A program made the translations under genes and the position numbers. The notes beneath the pieces are model-generated. The model was not told the DNA's origin. It was given only the letters and a program-made list of their open reading frames with translations, and did no database searches. From assembly GCA_964590575.1 (NCBI GenBank), contig CAZPWM010000087.1, positions 1-13,314 of the forward strand: DNA of 13,314 bases, written 5' to 3'. Below are positions 1 to 6,664 of this stretch, in pieces. Positions within the stretch are counted from its first letter, which is position 1. Each line of letters begins with the position of its first letter. The stretch is from an uncultured archaeon. GTDB lineage: Archaea > Asgardarchaeota > Thorarchaeia > Thorarchaeales > Thorarchaeaceae.

Positions 1-1
1 C

Positions 2-2248
2 CAGAAGTTCAAGGGCATTTCTCACTCGTTCCTCCTTCCAACTCAACCCCACAACTGCGTCCTCAATACTAAGTTGCCCATCCTTAGTAGCTGCAAGACT
101 CAATATTTCTTGGGGATCATCAGTGAGAGCAACAGGCACAAACTCCACAAGAAGGGCGCCACCTTCTATTGTAGAGAGACCTTGGATCAAGCCCTCCTTG
201 GTCATATCTTCAATGATATTCTCAATCTCTTTAGCGTGCGTGCCCCAACCAGATTTATCCAGTCTTACAAGGAGTTCTGCAAAAAGCATAATTCCACCAA
301 ACTTCTTGGATTCTTCAGCCATTCTTAGGATATCGCGTCTTAGTCCATCAGTCCGGTCATCTCTCTTAAGGAGCCGTTTGACCATTCCAGATTTCTTCTT
401 AGCTTCAGTTATCCACGATTCAGGTTCGTATCCTAATTCAACAAGCAACTCAACAAGTGCGGTCCGATATGCAGGGATGCTCAGGAGGGTACTTCCCTGA
501 GTTTCGAATGCGGTCCACAATCGCTCACGAATCATATCAAGGCGTCGAGACCGATCAACTAGTTCATCCAACCTAGCCGCAAGTTGTTCCTCGTGTGATA
601 ATGAATTCAACATTATTGGAATCGCTACATCGCTTGCAGAGGTGATTGTAAATTCAACGGATTTATCGATATATCCAGCTGCTCGAACAAGTCCTTCATA
701 TCTGCTCATAGGAATCGACACAACTATTGCGCCTTTGGAATCTGATTTTGCAAAAATAGCTCCAAGATTTAGGTCAGCTCCTACAACTGGTCGGCCAGCT
801 TCATTTTGTATGTGAAACCTCACGCGACATAGAGAGCCATCAACAATGAGAGGAGTAATTTGACGCTTCAATCGTTTTTTGATTTTCGCTTCAGGGATTC
901 CAGAAATGATGCTCTTTAGTTCATCAACAAGAGGAGCTTTCACCAAACCATCGCCCATCAGTGAGTTAGCACCCTCAGATATGAGGTCTCGAGACTGTTT
1001 GACAGCGAGCAAATTAAAATTCTCAGAGGATTCACGAATGAACTTTCTCAGTGCAACATCATTGTTTGCTCTCTCACTCAACAATGAAGTGAGGGCATCT
1101 AGAGCCCGTGACGGACTTATGAATCTATCAACAAAGTCACGCCGGCGGCTTACCTTCTCCCCATTAGTGATTAGTTGAGAGATTGGATATATTTCAATTT
1201 GCAGTTGTCCTTTCTTAGAGAAACCAGCAAGGAAAAAGGGTAGTAGAATTAGAGCTCCTTTATCATCCACATTCTCTGTAGATATTGGGACTGATGTATC
1301 AAGAATTAGAGTAAGTTGATCATGAATTGTTTTTGTTGCAGCTTGGAATTCAGCATTCAGATTGTCTTGCTCGACAAGAAGGTCTCGCGAAGTTCCTTGG
1401 ATAGTGGATCGAATATCGTTTCTTCTAGTTTCATCCCGCTCCAGTGCAACTTTGCGCGCAGATAATGTCTTCTTGATTTCATTCATTCGAATCTGTTTAG
1501 TGTCAGAGGAAGATGCTGCAATTTTAGTTAGTTCAGATTCAAGATTTTCAATTTGCTGTTGTAACGATTCAATCCGTAGTTCCAATCTATGAAGAACTGG
1601 TGCTGACTCGGCCTCATTCTTTTCTACAGTTGACTCAACCTTAGCTGCAATGAGCTCAATAAGTTGTGTCATTTTTTCTTCAAAAGAGCTCAATGCCGAT
1701 GCAGTTTCTTGGATGATATCAATTGAATTCTTGAATTCTGCCTGTTTCAAAAGACCAGAGAGAATAATCTCATAATCCTCAATCTGATTACGAAGAGGTC
1801 TTTCAAGAACTTGAGCAATACCTCGGGCCATGAGACCGCTCATCAGGCCTAGCAATGTGGACCGCTCAGTGATTCTTAATGATGCTACTAAACTACGTGC
1901 TGCTTTGACGCATTTCAACAGGGTGTTGAAATCCCGACTGGACTCAAGTGCCTCAATAGTCGATTCTGTATTGATTCTTCTATGACTTATCATTGTTTCA
2001 CTCGTCAGACCGAGTAGTTCAACTAGATAGCTTCTATTGGGAAACGGAGACTCAGCGATGGCCACTGGCAAATAGCATTTCAAAATAAATTCGAGTTCAC
2101 GACCGTCCCGTTGTTCTATGGCTCTTAGAACCATACCTGCTACAACATAATCTTCTGGTATAGCTTGCTCCATTGGTTGACCGCCTGCTAACTGGAGGCG
2201 CCTCGTAGCAGTGGAGGGTACAATGAGATTCCAGCGGTCTAGGTCCAT
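2..2248 (-). CDS. Large multidomain protein (>=749 aa, 3' end runs off the window): N-terminal domain with inserted coiled coil, carboxypeptidase-regulatory/PEGA-like beta-sandwich, C-terminal EAP30 (Vps22/Vps36, ESCRT-II)-like winged-helix domain
   Basis: Translated by hand; missing from the ORF track because its stop is outside the window. Starts MDLDRWNLIVPS at ATG 2248 (in-frame ATGs also at 2260, 2272, 2287). Heptad region LELRIESLQQQIENLESELTKI lies within ~1350-1700. VRFHIQNEAGRPVVGADLNL...KSDSKG...YEGLVRAAGY (~600-830) fits the carboxypeptidase-regulatory-like pattern. C-terminal GGIMLFAELLVRL...IENIIEDMTKEGLI...FVPVALTDDPQEILSLAATKDGQLSIEDAVVGLSWKEERVRNALELL resembles Vps22/Snf8 (GGLI.L.EL...SVP.EL..D...VL.LA...G.VTV..I...L.W..ERA...LE.L). 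Confidence 0.85.
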   Translation of the reverse strand, partial: MDLDRWNLIVPSTATRRLQLAGGQPMEQAIPEDYVVAGMVLRAIEQRDGRELEFILKCYLPVAIAESPFPNRSYLVELLGLTSETMISHRRINTESTIEALESSRDFNTLLKCVKAARSLVASLRITERSTLLGLMSGLMARGIAQVLERPLRNQIEDYEIILSGLLKQAEFKNSIDIIQETASALSSFEEKMTQLIELIAAKVESTVEKNEAESAPVLHRLELRIESLQQQIENLESELTKIAASSSDTKQIRMNEIKKTLSARKVALERDETRRNDIRSTIQGTSRDLLVEQDNLNAEFQAATKTIHDQLTLILDTSVPISTENVDDKGALILLPFFLAGFSKKGQLQIEIYPISQLITNGEKVSRRRDFVDRFISPSRALDALTSLLSERANNDVALRKFIRESSENFNLLAVKQSRDLISEGANSLMGDGLVKAPLVDELKSIISGIPEAKIKKRLKRQITPLIVDGSLCRVRFHIQNEAGRPVVGADLNLGAIFAKSDSKGAIVVSIPMSRYEGLVRAAGYIDKSVEFTITSASDVAIPIMLNSLSHEEQLAARLDELVDRSRRLDMIRERLWTAFETQGSTLLSIPAYRTALVELLVELGYEPESWITEAKKKSGMVKRLLKRDDRTDGLRRDILRMAEESKKFGGIMLFAELLVRLDKSGWGTHAKEIENIIEDMTKEGLIQGLSTIEGGALLVEFVPVALTDDPQEILSLAATKDGQLSIEDAVVGLSWKEERVRNALELL

Positions 2249-2354
2249 CGTGATTCCCATTGTTGAAGTCATGGGAATGCTTTTCATACTTTCTTTTGCA
2301 TAGACAAATACAGTTACGAACGCGCTTCTTCTAAGACTGAAGACTTCATGGAGC

Positions 2355-2774
2355 ATGAAAATGAAAAGAGAAGATCCTTTTCTACTCCCAATGTGTAATC
2401 ATTGTGGAAAATACAAAGGCATTGGGTCTTGTAACAATCCAGTATGCCCAGAGTTTCAACGACAATTAGATAAAGGAGATTCCGTGATGGAAGATGATAG
2501 TTTGAACAATTCAGTGAATCAGTCATGTAGCATCTGTAAGAAGGAGCAGGTTATAGCTTGTAAACAATGTGGACAGGGATTTTGTAAGACGCATAGCGCA
2601 GGGTCCGAATCGAAACAGCTTGTGTCTTTTCATCAACATATTGGGACTTGTGTTGAATGTCAGGAAGTCGTCTGCGAAAATTGTTGGATACTGAATCCTA
2701 ATGGAGATATTATTTGTCTGATTCATGTTGAAAGAGAACGAAAAAATAAAGAATTTCACGAAAAACATCTTTAG
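2355..2774 (+). CDS. Cys/His-rich multi-zinc-finger protein (B-box/AN1-like modules)
   Basis: 139-aa ORF with CNHC...CNNPVC, CSIC...CKQC...FCKTH and CVEC...VCENC...ICLIH. Divergent from the large gene. The start could be 2355 or 2361. Confidence 0.75.
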   Translation: MKMKREDPFLLPMCNHCGKYKGIGSCNNPVCPEFQRQLDKGDSVMEDDSLNNSVNQSCSICKKEQVIACKQCGQGFCKTHSAGSESKQLVSFHQHIGTCVECQEVVCENCWILNPNGDIICLIHVERERKNKEFHEKHL

Positions 2775-2791
2775 GCATTACATGAGAGTCA

Positions 2792-2801
2792 AACATTTAT
2801 G
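2792..2801 (+). promoter_or_regulatory. Possible BRE/TATA element for the 2834-4791 gene pair
   Basis: AACA-TTTATG about 33 nt upstream of ATG 2834, in a 59-nt intergenic gap. Confidence 0.3.
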
Positions 2802-2833
2802 CGAAGCTATACCCCCGTAAACTGGGACGGCAT

Positions 2834-3943
2834 ATGCCAGAAGCGACATTTGTGGTAAAGCTTGATGATTTTCAGGGGTTCATTGTCGAACAACGATACC
2901 CCGCAACACTGACACTCAATGAGAAGATTCTGAACCTTATCTTCTACGAACAGCAGAGAGAGAGTAAAGAAAATCTCAGTCTAGCAGAAATAGAAGGTTT
3001 GAGAATTGCAATCTTTAGTTCCCCACAATATCCAAAGTGGATGGTTTGCACTATTCTCGGAGCAGAAGAAGAGTTCGATAGTGTCACTGAAGGACTCTCT
3101 GGGTCAGGAAGACTCATTCTTGCACTGATGAGCGAAGATGCAGAATCAATAAATCTCGAAGAGATAGTCAAAGCAGGAAGTATTCTTGAGAAGACCAGCG
3201 AGGAACAGAAACTTGCTGAGATATTTCTTACTCCGTCTTCAGCACTCCTTCTCGAACGAATGCAATCCGAAGGAGTGGAGAAAGCCGCTAAGCTCTCAAT
3301 CTGGCTAAAGAATCAAGTTCAAGATGAAGTGGATCTTCGTGAAGCAATGGCACCTCTGATGAGTACAGGAGTTGTTGCTGTGGAACTAGTTGGAAAAACA
3401 GCAGAGATGGTATTTCTTGTGAAGGATATCTTTGGTTATCGTGCACCTCCTGTTGAATCAATTAAGCGAGCCTCTCAGACAGTACCAGGCATTGCTGGAA
3501 AATACAAGGAGTATGTAGCATCCTTTTTCTCTCCTCCACCCCCGAGTAAGGGGTACAATCCGACCATAATTGTCAATGATCCCAATTCGCCAATTCTCGA
3601 GGACAGAGAGAAAATTTCAGTCCTCCTTGCGGATAGTTTGAACTATATGGTACTCGACTCTTTACGAGCTGAACCACTTTCAGCATCAGAGATTTCATTG
3701 AAGACAGCCCTTCCGGAGCCTATTGTGGAGAAGGTGCTTTGGTCACTGGAATCTGAAAAGGTAGTTGTTCACTTTGAGGAAGAGGGACTCTGGGCTCTTC
3801 TAACGAACCCCAGAATTGAGTCATTCATCCCTGAATATATATTACCGGTGATAAGGAAAAAGGTAACAGAGAAAGAAATAACATCTCAAGTTGCACGGAG
3901 ACACCTTGAACTCTTGATTCAGAATTACGGTGAACCAGAATGA
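2834..3943 (+). CDS. Hypothetical protein: N-terminal uDENN/longin-like domain plus two predicted winged-helix domains
   Basis: 369-aa ORF. N-terminal FVVKLDDFQGFIVEQRYP follows the strand-(F/L)D-x3-G-strand-YP start of uDENN/NPR2-type longins. LLLERMQSEG..AAKLSIWL...LREAMAPLMSTGVVAV and MVLDSLRAEPLSASEISLKTALPEPIVEKVLWSLESEKVV are HTH/wHTH patterns. Its stop overlaps the next start (ATGA 3940-3943). Confidence 0.8.
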   Translation: MPEATFVVKLDDFQGFIVEQRYPATLTLNEKILNLIFYEQQRESKENLSLAEIEGLRIAIFSSPQYPKWMVCTILGAEEEFDSVTEGLSGSGRLILALMSEDAESINLEEIVKAGSILEKTSEEQKLAEIFLTPSSALLLERMQSEGVEKAAKLSIWLKNQVQDEVDLREAMAPLMSTGVVAVELVGKTAEMVFLVKDIFGYRAPPVESIKRASQTVPGIAGKYKEYVASFFSPPPPSKGYNPTIIVNDPNSPILEDREKISVLLADSLNYMVLDSLRAEPLSASEISLKTALPEPIVEKVLWSLESEKVVVHFEEEGLWALLTNPRIESFIPEYILPVIRKKVTEKEITSQVARRHLELLIQNYGEPE

Positions 3944-4791
3944 TCAGAAGCGTCTATGTGCTTGGTGAACAGGGGAATATGCTCTACTCCAAGGATTATG
4001 CCAAAAGTGAGTCCAAAGCAGACCTTATTGAGTTTCTAGTGAATCTTACAAACTTCTTGAGAACTGTAGATCTTGAAAATAAAACGGAGTTCATGAATGT
4101 AGCGGTTTCGCGTATCTTCTTCGCACAAAGGAGCATTTTCACTTTCATGTTTATTGCAGATAAGGCAGATGATGCTTCTCAAATAGAGGAGAAGATGGGG
4201 CAGCTCGTTGACTCTTTTATGCGAGATTATGCTAATCTAGCTGCTGCCAATCAGCCGCTGGATGGTTTTGACGAGAAAGTGGATGAGATTGCAGTCACAA
4301 TGGTCAAGGTAGCTATCTTAGGATTTGCTGGTGTGGGAAAAACTACAACACTTCATTTACTCCGAGGAGAAACTCTTCCACTAGTTCATGACCCCACGAT
4401 TGGTGTGTCAATCAAGAAGCTACCAGAGGAAGTAGAGAATGCAAATATCGTCCTTTGGGACCTGGCGGGGCAATCTCGGTTTAGCATACTTTGGGCGAAA
4501 ATGATAGCAAATGCCCAAGTTGTAATTATTGTCACTGACAGTACTCTGGAGAATGTTCTGAGGAGTAAGAAACTGGTGACACTTGTGAAGGATGAGGTTC
4601 CTGATGCGAAAGTGATTGGCATAGCTAACAAGCAGGATCTTCCCACAGCTTTGACGCCAGAAAGAGTGGGCCAGATATTAGGAATTCCAACCTATGAACT
4701 CGTAGCCATTGACATCTCATACAGAGATAGACTCATTTCTATTATTCGAAGAGCCATACTTGAAGGCAAAGCTGAAGCAAAAGCAGCCTAA
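3940..4791 (+). CDS. Longin-domain / Arf-like small GTPase fusion
   Basis: G1 GFAGVGKTT, G2 PTIG, G3 WDLAGQ, G4 ANKQD, degenerate G5 (LVA); the G domain starts at ~4300. PTIG, WDxxGQ, the switch-2 Trp (ILW) and ANKQDLP are Arf-family hallmarks. The first ~120 aa (MIRSVYVLGEQGNMLYSKDY...) show the longin pattern of sigma-adaptin/SRX/TRAPP-type domains. Confidence 0.92.
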   Translation: MIRSVYVLGEQGNMLYSKDYAKSESKADLIEFLVNLTNFLRTVDLENKTEFMNVAVSRIFFAQRSIFTFMFIADKADDASQIEEKMGQLVDSFMRDYANLAAANQPLDGFDEKVDEIAVTMVKVAILGFAGVGKTTTLHLLRGETLPLVHDPTIGVSIKKLPEEVENANIVLWDLAGQSRFSILWAKMIANAQVVIIVTDSTLENVLRSKKLVTLVKDEVPDAKVIGIANKQDLPTALTPERVGQILGIPTYELVAIDISYRDRLISIIRRAILEGKAEAKAA

Positions 4792-4814
4792 ACCCTCAAG
4801 AAAAAGTGATACAG

Positions 4815-4846
4815 TGCCTTGAATCAGGTCTATATGCATCAAGGCA
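4815..4846. repeat. 8-bp perfect inverted repeat with 16-nt spacer (hairpin or protein-binding site)
   Basis: TGCCTTGA (4815-4822) and TCAAGGCA (4839-4846) lie between the GTPase stop and the next gene, directly upstream of a TATA-like AAGGTTAAG. Confidence 0.45.
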
Positions 4847-4902
4847 AAGGTTAAGAGTCAAACAAGACGAGGTAACGAATAATAGGCCCATAGGTGACTA
4901 TC

Positions 4903-5466
4903 ATGTCCTTTGATTTAGAAGGTATTATGGCAAAACTCAAGGAAATTGAAGGCTTCGCAGACAATGTTGCGGAGACCAAGAGGCTAGCTGATAACTTGGC
5001 TGAGAATTTCGCTAAGATGAAGATGTCCATTAATCAAACCATAAATGACAGCTTCACCGAGATAGCAAATCAGATCGACACACTGCGTAAAAACATGGAA
5101 AAGATGGAGAACGTCAAAACAGAAGCCCCAAAAGTTGACGCTCCGGCTCCGGCTCCAATTCCTAAACCGGCGCCCGCGCCGGAGGTTATTCCTACCCCTG
5201 AGCCAGTTCCAGAACCCCTGACTGAGCCAGTGTTTGAAAAACCAGAGCCTGAACCAACTCCTGCTACTGTCGATGTTGCTGCAGCTGAGGGAAGCGACCA
5301 ATTGGATTTCCTGCTCCAGCAAAAAGACAGACTGAAAGCTCAGTTGACAGACTTACGTTTTGATTATATGAGGGGATACATACCCGAAGATGAGTACAAA
5401 ACAAAAGAGTCAGAGCTCGACACCCAGCTGGAAGATGTTGACAAGCAGATTTCCGCTCTGAAGTAG
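4903..5466 (+). CDS. Hypothetical protein: N-terminal coiled coil, Pro/Glu-rich linker, C-terminal SHOCT/CdvA-like helical hairpin
   Basis: The ORF track starts at GTG 4894, but GGTGA (4893-4897) is a well-placed archaeal SD for ATG 4903. PAPAPIPKPAPAPEVIPTPEPVPEP linker; C-terminal LRFDYMRGYIPEDEYKTKESEL fits the L-x3-Y-x2-G-x-I-x-EEEY hairpin pattern. Confidence 0.8.
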   Translation: MSFDLEGIMAKLKEIEGFADNVAETKRLADNLAENFAKMKMSINQTINDSFTEIANQIDTLRKNMEKMENVKTEAPKVDAPAPAPIPKPAPAPEVIPTPEPVPEPLTEPVFEKPEPEPTPATVDVAAAEGSDQLDFLLQQKDRLKAQLTDLRFDYMRGYIPEDEYKTKESELDTQLEDVDKQISALK

Positions 5467-5493
5467 AAGTTATATCAATGATGATTAAGTTGG

Positions 5494-5554
5494 CTCGCAC
5501 TCTAGGCTCATTAAGTCCTTGATAGAAGAGTGCGAGACAATACTATTCTTTTTT
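5494..5554. terminator. 10-bp inverted repeat followed by a T-run between convergent genes
   Basis: CTCGCACTCT (5494-5503) pairs with AGAGTGCGAG (5527-5536) around a 23-nt loop; TTTTTT follows at 5549-5554. Confidence 0.4.
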
Positions 5555-5634
5555 AACATCATCTAGCAAGTAACTAGACAGGTTTTTTGAGGCTAATGAG
5601 GACTGTGCAGAAAATGTAACCATTTGCAGAAGCA

Positions 5635-6549
5635 CTATTTTTTCTTCGTAGTTTTCTTGGGAGCTGCCTTCTCTTTTTCTTTTTTCGTTGCGGCTTTCTT
5701 AGGAACTGGTTTCTTTTCAGCTTCCTTCTTAGCAGCTTTCTTTGGAGCTGGCTTCTTTTCAGCTTCCTTCTTAGCAGCCTTCTTTGGAGCTGATTTCTCT
5801 TCAGCTTTCTTCGTTACAGCTTTCTTAGGAGCTTCCTTCGTCTCAGCTTCCTTTTTAGTGGCTTTTTTGGGAGTTGCTTTCTCATCAACTTTCTTCGTTG
5901 CAGCTTTCTTGGGAGCTTCCTTCTCGTCAGTTTTCTTCTTCGTAGCCTTCTTGGGAGCTGCTTTTTCTACAATCTTCTTTGCGGGCTTTTGCTTAGGAGC
6001 TGCCTTCTTCTTTGGTATTCGCTCCTCAATATCTTCGACTGGTTCGCGTTTAGGCACTACGATTTCCAACGGTTCTACGATGACCTCTGGTCTGAGATCC
6101 TTGCGTTCCTTCTTCTCGCCAGCTTCCCTTCGTTGTCGGGCAAGTTTGCTAGGCTTCACCACATCACTTGATGCTGCAGCAAGTGCAAGATCCATCTCCT
6201 CGGTGATTACAGGTTCCTTGGGAACGCTTGATGCTATCTCTTCAAGGGCATCAGCAACCATTATTGGAGCTCCACCTTCTCTCTTAGCTAATTCAGAGGG
6301 TGTAGTGTAAACTACAAAACCGCCTTCTCGTATGTAGGGGACAACAATCCCCTCAATCTCTTTCTCTCTCAGAATCTTACGGGCAACACTCATCCGAATA
6401 TTGAACCGATTGGCTAAATCATAGCATGTGATGGACTTTGCTTTCTTGAGATATTCATCGATTCCTGATTTAACATCAGGCTTGGGTATTGCATCTCTGA
6501 TGACTCTCTCGGTCTTTGTGGCTGACTTGCCCCACTTCTTACGGCTGAT
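5635..6549 (-). CDS. rps25e: Small-subunit ribosomal protein eS25 (S25e) with long Lys/Ala-rich C-terminal extension; probable non-canonical ATC start
   Basis: The frame of track ORF 5635..6393 stays open for 52 more codons: ISRKKWGKSATKTERVIRDAIPKPDVKSGIDEYLKKAKSITCYDLANRFNIRMSVARKILREKEIEGIVVPYIREGGFVVYT. This matches eS25 motifs (KKW.K; K.IT...L..R..I..S.AR..L.EL...G.I......IYT). SD AGGAGAG is 8 nt before ATC 6549. An in-frame TAA lies at 6574-6576, with no in-frame ATG/GTG/TTG between it and 6393. Confidence 0.85.
   Translation of the reverse strand: MSRKKWGKSATKTERVIRDAIPKPDVKSGIDEYLKKAKSITCYDLANRFNIRMSVARKILREKEIEGIVVPYIREGGFVVYTTPSELAKREGGAPIMVADALEEIASSVPKEPVITEEMDLALAAASSDVVKPSKLARQRREAGEKKERKDLRPEVIVEPLEIVVPKREPVEDIEERIPKKKAAPKQKPAKKIVEKAAPKKATKKKTDEKEAPKKAATKKVDEKATPKKATKKEAETKEAPKKAVTKKAEEKSAPKKAAKKEAEKKPAPKKAAKKEAEKKPVPKKAATKKEKEKAAPKKTTKKK
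5638..5967 (-). repeat. About 8 degenerate tandem copies of a 42-nt (14-aa) unit, consensus near EKxAPKKAxKKxxE, inside the eS25 gene
   Basis: EKAAPKKATKKKTD / EKEAPKKAATKKVD / EKATPKKATKKEAE / TKEAPKKAVTKKAE / EKSAPKKAAKKEAE / KKPAPKKAAKKEAE / KKPVPKKAATKKEK / EKAAPKKTTKKK. Confidence 0.9.
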
Positions 6550-6664
6550 AGTAATTACTCTCCTAGGTACCTGTTACTAGGTTCACGGCGAAAAACTTGG
6601 GTTTGACTTTTAAAGATGCTCATTGCTCGCTTTTCTAGACGAATAAAACGGAGACATTATCGAA

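Noticed and set aside
74-1592. + strand ORFs 74..328, 123..500, 879..1178 and 1362..1592
   Set aside because: All lie antisense to the long minus-strand gene (2..2248) and have no recognisable motifs.
5638-5967. 42-nt periodic repeats as a possible CRISPR array
   Set aside because: The units are degenerate, in frame and contiguous, with no unique spacers and no cas genes nearby; this is a coding repeat.
5624-6310. 228-aa Phe/Ala-rich + strand ORF that looks like a membrane protein
   Set aside because: Antisense shadow of the Lys/Ala/Glu repeat tail of eS25 (AAG/AAA/GAA codons read as CTT/TTT/TTC).
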